Under the pieces are notes generated by a model. That model was not told the DNA's origin. It did not search any database and saw only the letters and a list, made by a program, of their open reading frames with translations. Both the position numbers and the translations under genes were made by a program. Positions 26,604 through 35,771 of a stretch of DNA of 45,659 nt are shown piece by piece (the first letter of the stretch is position 1; the number at the start of each line of letters is the position of its first letter). This DNA comes from Bdellovibrionota bacterium (GTDB lineage: Bacteria; Bdellovibrionota_C; UBA2361; JBIKUX01): assembly GCA_044347345.1 (NCBI GenBank), contig JBIKUX010000021.1, forward strand, positions 1-45,659, written 5' to 3'.

Positions 26604-27751
26604 ACTTCTTCTCCAGTGGCAAGTAACATTTGAGATTGTATTTTGATACCATATGTTATCAATGAATCCCGAGGACGCGCTTGGGCAGTTAGCAGCCGAA
26701 TCGAAGACACTCCCAAATTGCGCAAAATTGCCGCTCCAACTCCGTATGCTCGCATTGCATGGGCACTGCCGGTGCCAAACTCCTCATCTTGGCCTGATAT
26801 TTGTTTTGATAACCAGCCCACTTCTGGCCTTCTAAGATAGACAACTACCCCTCTACCTTCTAACCCGATTCTCTCGAGAGCTAACTCCAGTTGTCTACGA
26901 CTTTCACCACCAAATACATCAGTAAATGTTTGCTCTGATTGTACTCGCACTAAGATAGCTTCTTCTGGTCGCCAAAAACCCTTAACTAGAGCTATATGCT
27001 CACCTTCATGAAAGGAAGAGCGAAAAATAATAGAGCGAAGAATTCCAGCTCGTTTTGTAGGTAAGTTTGCCTCCGCAATTCGCTCAACAATAGTTCCTAG
27101 TATGAGTGATCTATAAATAATATCTTCTATTCGATAAATAGGATAATTTTTAAGTTTAGCAAACGCATGCAGCTCAGTTTCAGTTGGATATTCGCCGTTC
27201 TCATTTAGTACCTCCACATACAAAGCTGCATCCTGCTGCCAAACACTTTCAACGATTGATAAAGCGGCTTCAGGAGCATCTGCTCTTGCCAAAACCCCTC
27301 CTTGATGAGCGGCTACGGGGAATATATGCCCGGGTTGAACAATCAAATGTGGGGATGGATTAGACGACCCTAACACTCTAACCGTAGTGGCACGATCAGC
27401 GGCACTAATTCCAGTTGTAACTCCTTCTCGTGCTTCAACCCCTGAAAGTCCCTTTTGAATCGGGATAGATCGAATTCCTTGACCAAAGAAATACCCTTTT
27501 TGATCATCTATTAAACGAGTAATAGTTTGCAAATTCAAAGCCTCTACTCGGGATGCGGAAAGAGCTACTCGCAAATGACCACCTCCATAATTTAAAGTCT
27601 CTGAAATTAAAGCTTCAGTAGCCTCTCGCGCGGCTACAACAAGAATACCGCGTACATTACTAGGCTGAATTTTTTGAATTATTAGCGCAATACGACGATT
27701 TCTGAAGTGGGTGTCAATCGATGAATATATATTTAACGAATCAGTAGTCAT
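26600..27751 (-). CDS. RibBA-like protein (DHBP synthase + GTP cyclohydrolase II folds) with degenerate active sites
   Basis: Retains EAREGVTTGISAADRATT, PGHIFP, GGVLAR, EHIALVKG, LVRVQSE and YGVGAAILRNLGV, but catalytic motifs are altered (see findings). Confidence 0.85.
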   Translation of the reverse strand: MTTDSLNIYSSIDTHFRNRRIALIIQKIQPSNVRGILVVAAREATEALISETLNYGGGHLRVALSASRVEALNLQTITRLIDDQKGYFFGQGIRSIPIQKGLSGVEAREGVTTGISAADRATTVRVLGSSNPSPHLIVQPGHIFPVAAHQGGVLARADAPEAALSIVESVWQQDAALYVEVLNENGEYPTETELHAFAKLKNYPIYRIEDIIYRSLILGTIVERIAEANLPTKRAGILRSIIFRSSFHEGEHIALVKGFWRPEEAILVRVQSEQTFTDVFGGESRRQLELALERIGLEGRGVVVYLRRPEVGWLSKQISGQDEEFGTGSAHAMRAYGVGAAILRNLGVSSIRLLTAQARPRDSLITYGIKIQSQMLLATGEEV

Positions 27752-27984
27752 AGAATAGCTGTTATCAGTTACCGCAAATTTTATACTTTAGAATATGAGT
27801 CTTTTTTTCCTTAATAAAAAGCTTATCTGTATATAACTAATATAATTGTTTTTTATGACATAACAGTCGCACTTTCCTCACAAATTCCATTCTTTGTACT
27901 CATAGTGTTTTGGCTATCTCAAGAAAATCACCTGCAAAGTCGATTACCTCCTAATCAATTGTAATGAAGTAACAGTGGGGTAAA

Positions 27985-28485
27985 ATGATAAAGACGTTAC
28001 GAAAAAATAAAACGTCACTTAATATAGATCCACTAATCTTTGACATAGCAAAAATTTCAGAAGAGCCTATCCTATTAACTAAGGCTCGCCGAACTGCGTT
28101 TATTGCTCGCTTTATTGTTCTGCGTGAATCAAAAAGAACTAGAGCTCACAGGGTTATTGAACAACTTGAATGGCACGATGAAACCACCGCAGAAGAGTTG
28201 TGTGAACGCTTTAGGTCAATTTTTAGCGATAATGGCGATAATATGGAACCAGTTAATAGAGATTTAAGACGGGCACTTGCCCACGCTAACAGATCTCTCA
28301 CTTACTTTGTGAGGGAGTATGCTGACCGAGCTACAAAAAACTTTATCGATGCGCTATTTGACTACGAAAGGTCAAACTTACTTTTATTCAGAGGTGACGA
28401 AAAACCAAAACCGGGTGGATGGCTTCTACCGTCTGAACTTAAGCGATCAATAGTTAACATTGATGCGAACCATTACTTAGAATAA
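27985..28485 (+). CDS. Hypothetical helical cytoplasmic protein
   Basis: 166-aa ORF with natural-looking amphipathic, Arg/Glu-rich composition. No family recognised. Confidence 0.65.
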   Translation: MIKTLRKNKTSLNIDPLIFDIAKISEEPILLTKARRTAFIARFIVLRESKRTRAHRVIEQLEWHDETTAEELCERFRSIFSDNGDNMEPVNRDLRRALAHANRSLTYFVREYADRATKNFIDALFDYERSNLLLFRGDEKPKPGGWLLPSELKRSIVNIDANHYLE

Positions 28486-28635
28486 AGCATAAATAAAGGG
28501 GGATAGAGCACTTCCCGTAGTATAGACTAAAAGTAAACCGAGAAAGAGAAAAACGACGACCATCGGTACTAACCACCAAGCCTTACGATCCCAGATAAGC
28601 TGAAATAGTTGTATAACTGTTGCTGATTTGGCCAT
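28477..28635 (-). CDS. 52-aa DUF5989/SxtK-like small membrane protein (absent from ORF track)
   Basis: Manual translation gives MAKSATVIQLFQLIWDRKAWWLVPMVVVFLFLGLLLVYTTGSALSPFIYALF*. AGGA lies 5 nt before the ATG. The RK.WWL.P..GS...PFIY.LF pattern matches the family as I recall it. Confidence 0.85.
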   Translation of the reverse strand: MAKSATVIQLFQLIWDRKAWWLVPMVVVFLFLGLLLVYTTGSALSPFIYALF

Positions 28636-28754
28636 CCTGTTCCTAGAAAATACTGCGAAGATGAAAAGTATATCTAATATATATCATGATAGTCAAAATG
28701 GAATTGACTAAACAATTAATTAGCTCTCACTTATTAAAAAACCGACTATTTTTT

Positions 28755-29282
28755 TCAGGCCACAGCTCGATGAACACAATTGTTAGCAGAACTATTATTT
28801 GAGGTATTTTCAAGGAATTCGGCATCAACAATTTGTTGTAATTCTTCTATAAGAGAACCAATGGCATAAGCCCAAACATATTGCCCAGATTTATATCCTG
28901 TAATCACCTCAGCTATTTCGCCCTTATCTTCTTCCTTATGCTTTATGAACAAGCTACTACCATCAGTCAAAAGTAGCATATGTTGCGGTTTTTGCATTAA
29001 TGAAGGGATATTATTTCGAAGATACTCAATACCCTGCCTAAACCTATTTACCGGCAAGCCCTCTCGTTTCATTCGGAACAACCAACACAGTAAAATTACA
29101 TCACTGTAAGAATATCTTCGTCGGCCTCGAGTAACCATTTTACCGCTACACGGAACTAGATTGGTGCGTGCATAGTAATTAAGAAGCGCTAAACCTATCT
29201 TTTCATCGCTACCTACCATTACCCTCAGTACTCGTTGCACTTCTTTGGCAGTAAATTCACGCTCTAGTACAAAAACATTCAT
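28755..29282 (-). CDS. MerR-type helix-turn-helix transcriptional regulator
   Basis: FTAKEV..LLNYYARTNLVPCS..GRRRYSYSDVILL..MKREGLPV, followed by LLLTDG, as in metal-independent MerR-like regulators. Confidence 0.8.
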   Translation of the reverse strand: MNVFVLEREFTAKEVQRVLRVMVGSDEKIGLALLNYYARTNLVPCSGKMVTRGRRRYSYSDVILLCWLFRMKREGLPVNRFRQGIEYLRNNIPSLMQKPQHMLLLTDGSSLFIKHKEEDKGEIAEVITGYKSGQYVWAYAIGSLIEELQQIVDAEFLENTSNNSSANNCVHRAVA

Positions 29283-29537
29283 AGTATTGGTTATCCCAGA
29301 AATTGAAAATTTTCGCGGATAAAAAACGCATACCTCTTACGGTTTTACTTTTAGGAATGCTTATAACATTCTAAAAAATGCTAACTTTTGTTGCATGCAC
29401 TTTATTTATTCTCTACGACTCAGGTTCAGCTGTAATATGACATCTACGGGGAATAGGTCGAAAGTGTCAATGTACAAAAATATCTTTTATTGATGAATTT
29501 TTTGTTACACATTGATAGTTAACAACTATCACCCAAC

Positions 29538-30392
29538 TTATCTAGAAAAAACTCCTACTGCTACTGGTACTTGATCATCACCTTGAACCTCAAATGCAGT
29601 TAATAAATTAAGTCTGGGATCAACTAAAGTATTTTGCATTACGGCACTAGAAATAGTTGCTTTGATAAGCTCCGGATCAATTGAAAGCTGTGCTGAACCC
29701 CCACCGTCAAAGTTTAGGGCATCTTGACAATTTATATCAGGCTGCAATAAAAAATTTTGTATCTCAGCGAGGGTTACTCCACCCATCAAACTAGTCGTAG
29801 CATAGAGAATAATCCGGCTCTGCTTATCGATACATATACCTGCCCGACGAGAACGAGATAATTGACCGGAAAGAATAGCAGGGATACCAGATATAATAAT
29901 TCGTGGCCCTGCTTGTATAGCATCAATGACTTCATGTAAGGAAAATTCCTCTCTGCCAATTATAGAGTATTTTCCACCTCGATTCACAAAGAGTCCTGTC
30001 AAGAGATTGCCACCACGATGCAACTTATTTCTAACAACACCATTGCTCATCACTAATCCGAGAGGCTGGTGGCGTTCATCAAAAAAGTTTGCATTAACTA
30101 GGGCTAATGCTCGAGTTTTTTGACGTAATGTAGCTACATCACTAACTGCCATAGTACCATCCTCAGCTCTCACAACACCAAGTCGAACATCTTGCAACGA
30201 TGCCCGCACCAAAGAAACTCTTGGTCGTGTTACTACTGAAGTAATTGGATTATCAGTAGTCATATTTAGAACACGAATATCGAGACCAGAGCCTACTGAT
30301 ACCCACTGAGAGTCGCTCGGCGAACAACCAGTCGCAACTAGACATGCCATGGTCAGAACGCTTAAGATTTGTAGTAGACTTTTAGCCTTCAT
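29538..30392 (-). CDS. Phosphodiester glycosidase (NAGPA) family lipoprotein
   Basis: Lipobox VATGC; VNANFF, PLGL, IQAGPRII, RRAGICID, ALNFDGGGSAQL. Confidence 0.85.
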   Translation of the reverse strand: MKAKSLLQILSVLTMACLVATGCSPSDSQWVSVGSGLDIRVLNMTTDNPITSVVTRPRVSLVRASLQDVRLGVVRAEDGTMAVSDVATLRQKTRALALVNANFFDERHQPLGLVMSNGVVRNKLHRGGNLLTGLFVNRGGKYSIIGREEFSLHEVIDAIQAGPRIIISGIPAILSGQLSRSRRAGICIDKQSRIILYATTSLMGGVTLAEIQNFLLQPDINCQDALNFDGGGSAQLSIDPELIKATISSAVMQNTLVDPRLNLLTAFEVQGDDQVPVAVGVFSR

Positions 30393-30613
30393 CGTACTCA
30401 GACAATAATATGGCAGATTAAATTAACATAAATTGAAAAATTTTTCACACCACTAAAACATATTACAAATATGATACACGGCGAAATTGATCTTGTAGGC
30501 TGTTTTGTCGTTCTATAGAGGGGGATTCAATAAAACGTTATTGGCCGGAGATCGTTTTATTGAAGCTCTATTTCTTATTGGTTTTATATCACTTGTTATG
30601 TAGTAATTTACTT

Positions 30614-31195
30614 ATGATTGAAAATCCTACTCTAAGAATCCGAATCCTGTCTCTTCTTCAAAGAAGTAGAAAAGCAGTACGACTTTATTCTTCAGTAAGT
30701 AGGGTTGGAGCTAGCCAATTAGGAGAATTTGCCGAACAACAAGCGGTTCAATGGCAGGAAACAAATGCTTTTTTAGTGAGAACTTTAACCACTCTTCTAG
30801 AACAAGATGGGAGATTGACGAAAGATTTTACTGGTGTCCTTTTTAAGTTAGCAGACGATCTTAAGGCTCAGTATAGCTTAGCTGAAGCTGAACTCGGAGC
30901 AAAACAATGCGCATTAATTTTTGCAGCAGAAAATGGAGACTTCACCCGAGCCGCTATGTTAAGCGCTGAGCTCATATCAATTAAAGCTCGGTTACAAGCT
31001 AGACAGGCAGCTCATCATGAGGTAACGGAAGTCCTGGAAGCATCAAGGCTTCAGCGTCCAAATCAAAGTTCATCCCACTCAGATTCAAGTAGTCATATGT
31101 CAAAAGATTCTTCATCAGAAGTGAACTTGAAAAACCAACATACTAGTAGGACTGAATCAAAAATAATTCCACTGCGTAGAGCGTTTGGTAAATAA
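30614..31195 (+). CDS. Hypothetical coiled-coil protein
   Basis: Helical Ala/Leu/Gln-rich ORF with a Ser-rich tail ending KIIPLRR. ATG 30614 preferred over TTG 30560. Confidence 0.6.
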   Translation: MIENPTLRIRILSLLQRSRKAVRLYSSVSRVGASQLGEFAEQQAVQWQETNAFLVRTLTTLLEQDGRLTKDFTGVLFKLADDLKAQYSLAEAELGAKQCALIFAAENGDFTRAAMLSAELISIKARLQARQAAHHEVTEVLEASRLQRPNQSSSHSDSSSHMSKDSSSEVNLKNQHTSRTESKIIPLRRAFGK

Positions 31196-31219
31196 GTATA
31201 ATCTAGGGAGTCTCTTATT

Positions 31220-32320
31220 ATGACTGATCAAAAGCCTCTTCTATCTAAAGTATTACTTGGCAATTTAACTCTTGCGAATCGTATCGCTATGGCTCCTATG
31301 ACTCGTGCTCGCGCAGGACAAGAAAGACTTGCTAATAGCTTGATGGCTACTTACTACCGTCAGCGGTCACAAGCAGGATTAATTGTAACTGAGGCTACAG
31401 TTGTATCAAAACAGGGAATAGGTTGGCAAAATACTCCAGGTATTTTTTCAGATAAACAACAAGAATCCTGGCAAAACATAACTAACGCCATCCACGAAGA
31501 GAACGGATGTATATTTCTTCAGCTATGGCATTGTGGCAGGGCATCGCACTCTAGCTTCCATGATGGAGCTCTTCCTGTGTCGGCTTCTTCAAATGCTATC
31601 AAAGGGGACGGTATTTATACATCGCAAGGTAAGCTGCCGTACGAAACACCGAGAGAATTGACTTCCAGTGAAGTATCTCAAGTGGTAACCGATTTTAAGA
31701 ATGCGGCTTTACGAGCTAAAGAAGCCGGCTTTGATGGTGTGGAGATACATAGTGCAAATGGTTATTTATTAGATCAATTTTTACAATCTAAAACCAATCA
31801 ACGAAGCGACCGTTACGGGGGTTCCATAGAAAATAGGTGTCGAATTTTATGTGAGATTACGGAAGCCTTAATAGAAATTTGGGAACCAAGCCGAATAGGT
31901 GTTCGACTTTCACCTAACGGAGTCTTTAACGATATGGGTTCGTCTGATTTTCGAGAAACCTTTTTTTATATCGCTCAAAAATTGTCTGAGTACAAAATTG
32001 GTTACCTACATGTACTCGATGGATTGGCTTTCGGCTTTCATCAACTTGGAGAGCCAATAACCTTGAACGATGCACGATCGGTTTTTCCTAAGCCAGGGTT
32101 AATAATAGGCAACTGTGGTTACACCTTACAATCCGCTGAGGAAGCTGTATCTAAAGGTGAAGCTGATTTAATTGCCTTTGGACGGGCTTTTATTAGCAAT
32201 CCAGACCTAGTAGAGCGTTATAAGTTTAATTATCCTGTCGCCAAAGAAGCAGACATGTCTGTTTGGTATTCATTTGATGAAACTGGGTATGCAGATTTTC
32301 CAAAATATAGTAACTCTTAG
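31220..32320 (+). CDS. nemA: Old Yellow Enzyme alkene reductase (N-ethylmaleimide reductase-like)
   Basis: NRIAMAPMTRARA, GLIVTEAT, QLWHCGR, GFDGVEIHSANGYLLDQF, YGGSIENR, GVRLSP, AFGRAFISNPDL. GGGAG ribosome-binding site upstream. Confidence 0.93.
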   Translation: MTDQKPLLSKVLLGNLTLANRIAMAPMTRARAGQERLANSLMATYYRQRSQAGLIVTEATVVSKQGIGWQNTPGIFSDKQQESWQNITNAIHEENGCIFLQLWHCGRASHSSFHDGALPVSASSNAIKGDGIYTSQGKLPYETPRELTSSEVSQVVTDFKNAALRAKEAGFDGVEIHSANGYLLDQFLQSKTNQRSDRYGGSIENRCRILCEITEALIEIWEPSRIGVRLSPNGVFNDMGSSDFRETFFYIAQKLSEYKIGYLHVLDGLAFGFHQLGEPITLNDARSVFPKPGLIIGNCGYTLQSAEEAVSKGEADLIAFGRAFISNPDLVERYKFNYPVAKEADMSVWYSFDETGYADFPKYSNS

Positions 32321-32323
32321 AAT

Positions 32324-33049
32324 CTAATCTTTACTGGCCTTATAGATATAGGCTATCCCACCGCTTAAGGGCTTAGCTTCACAGTGTCTTAAACCAATTT
32401 GATGTAATTCATCTAAAAAAGCCTTCCCACTCGGGAATGTTCGTGACGTAGCTGGTAAATAGAGGTATGCTGCTCTATTACCAGTGAGCAATCCGCCCAA
32501 GTAAGGCATAACCCAGCTTTGATAAAATTTATATAAACTTCGCCAAACAGGTATATACGGCTGCCCAAACTCAAGAACTAAAAGCTTACCTCCTGGGGCA
32601 AGCACCCTCTTGATCTCTGATAAGCCAAGACGTAGATCTTGAAAATTACGCACTCCAAAAGCGACAGTTACAACATTAAAGACATCATTCTTGAATGGTA
32701 GAGACATTGCATCGCTAGTGATAAGAGTTACTCCTGAGCTAAATCCACGTTTAATACTCTGCTCGAGCATCGGCGCACAAAAATCGCCACCAATAACTGT
32801 CTTATTATGTTTTTTAAGTAGTGGAAGAAGATCGCCAGTGCCAGTGCACAAATCAAGAACTATAGAATTGCCCCTAACATTTCGAGACAATCTGTACTTC
32901 CACCACCAATGAATACCGAAAGAAAGCACAGAATTAGTTAAATCATACCTAGAAGAGATGTTAGAGAACATTGAACGTACAGCATCCGACCTTCGAGTCT
33001 CAGGATCTGGTGATAATGAATTATGATAACTCACATCTGATGTTTTCAT
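32324..33049 (-). CDS. ubiE: UbiE/MenG quinone biosynthesis C-methyltransferase
   Basis: MFSNISSRYDLTNSVLSFGIH..W, LDLCTGTGD, DAMSLPF, VAFGVRN, RVLAPGG..LEF, AYLYLP. Confidence 0.92.
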   Translation of the reverse strand: MKTSDVSYHNSLSPDPETRRSDAVRSMFSNISSRYDLTNSVLSFGIHWWWKYRLSRNVRGNSIVLDLCTGTGDLLPLLKKHNKTVIGGDFCAPMLEQSIKRGFSSGVTLITSDAMSLPFKNDVFNVVTVAFGVRNFQDLRLGLSEIKRVLAPGGKLLVLEFGQPYIPVWRSLYKFYQSWVMPYLGGLLTGNRAAYLYLPATSRTFPSGKAFLDELHQIGLRHCEAKPLSGGIAYIYKASKD

Positions 33050-33089
33050 GATAATCTTTTAATCAGCAACCATTGATCATAAAAGTTCT

Positions 33090-33821
33090 ATGTATAACAA
33101 AATTGTCAATGCTTTCACGAATTCAACTGGGCTAATACCTTTTATTCTTGGTCCCGTGATTGTATCTCCACCTACACAAATGGTTGCGATAATTAACCAT
33201 TGGACTAGTTACATCACTTTATTACTTTGCTTCTCTGTATGGCATACTCTTGAATTTTTACTCTCAAATAATTTTACAACAAAGCGAACCACAGCAAAAA
33301 TTCTTGTTAGTGTGATAGGAGGAGTAATCCTGCTATGTTGCTTTATCATAACAAGAGATAAATTTGCTTTATCAACTTTAACATTCCCCAGCATCGTTGG
33401 AGCAATCGGAATCAGTGCAGCTCGTTACTCAGTTATAACCTCTCACCCTAGAATTAGCTTAATCCTTTATTTTCTCGAGGTATACTTAAAAGCAATAGCA
33501 ACTGTTTTTGTACTTCACGGCTCGCTACCTATCATGCCTGCTATTTATGCCGCCTTAGTCGCTTCAGCGGTTACGGGAGGTTGTACACAGCTAACATCAA
33601 TTAAGGCCGTTTCTGTTCTACTTACTATACCGCCGTTAATCGGTGGACTCATGAGCCTTTTACGGCTTTTACCATTTCCATTTGTATTTTTGTATATATT
33701 TGTTCTCTTTGTGCCACTAATAACTAAAACTCAAGACCTTAGAACAAGACTATTTTTTACTTCGCTTTATATTTGGCTTTTAGGAATAGTTAGTGCCGGA
33801 TTACGCTTTTTTTTAGCCTAA
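33090..33821 (+). CDS. Hypothetical polytopic membrane protein
   Basis: 243 aa, about 8 hydrophobic segments; starts 40 bp from the divergent ubiE start. Confidence 0.6.
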   Translation: MYNKIVNAFTNSTGLIPFILGPVIVSPPTQMVAIINHWTSYITLLLCFSVWHTLEFLLSNNFTTKRTTAKILVSVIGGVILLCCFIITRDKFALSTLTFPSIVGAIGISAARYSVITSHPRISLILYFLEVYLKAIATVFVLHGSLPIMPAIYAALVASAVTGGCTQLTSIKAVSVLLTIPPLIGGLMSLLRLLPFPFVFLYIFVLFVPLITKTQDLRTRLFFTSLYIWLLGIVSAGLRFFLA

Positions 33822-34025
33822 ATCTTTAAATTTTACCTTTTTTGATGTGAGGCTTAATAAAAAACATAAAGATATAAAGCACATCAGCTGAGATCAGTAA
33901 AGGATTACAGAAAGATTTTCTTGCCTACTTGCATCAAATATTACACCATTCTATTGATTAATTTGGTACTTTCTTAGGCTAAAAACTCAATAAAAAAGGT
34001 TATTGTAAGATATTATTTGTTTATC

Positions 34026-35600
34026 ATGGCGAACATAGTTACGAAATTCAAAACAAAACCTAATGTCAAATCTATTACGGCCAAATTGTTAATTTTGAAT
34101 TTAATAATCTTTGGATTAGTCCCAGTTTATTCCTTAAATCCAGCTTACTCCTTAGACGCTTACGGCCAACCCTCCACAGAGACAGATTTAGCTGAAGAGC
34201 TTGTTGGTGATGAGTCGGGATTAGACGGTATCTTACCTCCAGACAACGCCCCTCCTCTTCATAATGGTTTTCTTCAAATTAATCCTCAATCTAGTGATGT
34301 CCCACCCCCAAAGGCTAAGCCAGGCCAGTATGTTATTAAGTTAAAAGATCCGAACTTCATCGACACTCTCCCCCAATCTGGTTACGACAGGCCTCAAGGT
34401 GGCTCTTTTTTTGTTGGTAACTCATTAGGAGTTAGCGGGGTTGGTGAACGCTACATTACGGTCTATTCGAAACAATTTTTTCGCCGCAGCCCAACATCAG
34501 AAGAGATTGAAAAACTTGACTTTGCAGAGACGGATGTTTCCGATAACTTTTGTCATCATGTAATTAGCGCAGGGGTAGCCTCAAGTTGCTCTCCGGATTA
34601 CGAGACTCAAGCTCAGTCTACCCCTAACGATGTTTTTTTCCCATCACAGTGGAATTTAGTTGGCAGCCGAGGTATTCGGGCTGTTGGGGGATGGGCTAAT
34701 TCGGTCGTTAGAGAATCTTTATTAGTTGGTGTCGTTGATTCAGGAGTCGACTGGGGACATGAAGATCTAGCCGGAGCTATTTGGACAAACAATTTAGAAG
34801 TAGCTGGAAATGATATCGATGACGACAAAAATGGAATTGTCGATGATATTTTTGGAATAAACACCTCCTCTCCGAGCCCTTGGCCTGCCGGACACCCTAC
34901 TGATGATAACTATCACGGAACCCACATAGCCGGAATTATTGCCGCTCGTAGTAACAATCAGATAGGAATAGCCGGAGTAGCTTCGAATGTTCGGTTAGTT
35001 ATCGCTAAAGCTTTAAACGAATTTGGCTCTGGGAGTGCCTCTAGCATAATTACGGCGTTTAATTATCTTTACGCCTTAAAGGTCTTTAGAAACGAACCAA
35101 TCAGATTAATTAATTGTTCGTTTGGTCAATTCTTTTATTCGCAACCGCTTATTGACACTATCGATTATGCAGGTCAAATAGGAATAACTGTTGTATTAGC
35201 TGCAGGGAATAACGCTACTGATATAAACTCAACAACTTTCTGGCCGGCATCCCTGGCTGAGACTCGGGACCATGTTATAACCGTCGGTAACCATACCTCA
35301 CAACTTACACCTCATGAAAGTTCTAACTGGGGTAATGGCAGAACAGTAACATTATTTGCTCCCGGTACTGACATACTTAGCACGATTCCTGGAGGTGGCT
35401 ACGGTTGGGCTACTGGAACATCTATGGCAGCTCCTCACGTAACTGGATCACTGGCATTGTTTCTGCAAAAGTACCCCTCATTAACCCCAAGGCAGCTTAA
35501 AAATGCTTTAATAGCAAATGGTACGAGCTTAGGTTCTAGTTTTATAGGAAGGTCTGAGTCTGGCGGAAGATTGAACTTACAGCGACTAATGAACAATTAG
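34026..35600 (+). CDS. Secreted S8 (subtilisin-like) serine protease
   Basis: Catalytic triad motifs VVDSGVD, HGTHIAG, GTSMAAPHV; oxyanion AAGN; Asp-rich insert NDIDDDKNGIVDD; N-terminal hydrophobic leader and prodomain. ATG 34026 (TTG 34017 possible). Confidence 0.93.
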   Translation: MANIVTKFKTKPNVKSITAKLLILNLIIFGLVPVYSLNPAYSLDAYGQPSTETDLAEELVGDESGLDGILPPDNAPPLHNGFLQINPQSSDVPPPKAKPGQYVIKLKDPNFIDTLPQSGYDRPQGGSFFVGNSLGVSGVGERYITVYSKQFFRRSPTSEEIEKLDFAETDVSDNFCHHVISAGVASSCSPDYETQAQSTPNDVFFPSQWNLVGSRGIRAVGGWANSVVRESLLVGVVDSGVDWGHEDLAGAIWTNNLEVAGNDIDDDKNGIVDDIFGINTSSPSPWPAGHPTDDNYHGTHIAGIIAARSNNQIGIAGVASNVRLVIAKALNEFGSGSASSIITAFNYLYALKVFRNEPIRLINCSFGQFFYSQPLIDTIDYAGQIGITVVLAAGNNATDINSTTFWPASLAETRDHVITVGNHTSQLTPHESSNWGNGRTVTLFAPGTDILSTIPGGGYGWATGTSMAAPHVTGSLALFLQKYPSLTPRQLKNALIANGTSLGSSFIGRSESGGRLNLQRLMNN

Positions 35601-35771
35601 TTTATCGAATCTGCTGTGGTCAAATACTTTTTTTTAATTGGCGTAATTAGCTTTTAATTACAAAGCTGCTAAATATTAAAAGACTCATTTTCTTTATCGA
35701 TGAGCTTTCCACTTACCATATTTTATCTGATATGATTGTAATAGAAAGAGTAGAAAAATAGTTAACAAACC

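Noticed and set aside
28477-28635. Inferring a saxitoxin cluster from the SxtK-like peptide
   Set aside because: No sxtA, sxtG, sxtI or other toxin genes are in the window, and the family is broadly distributed.
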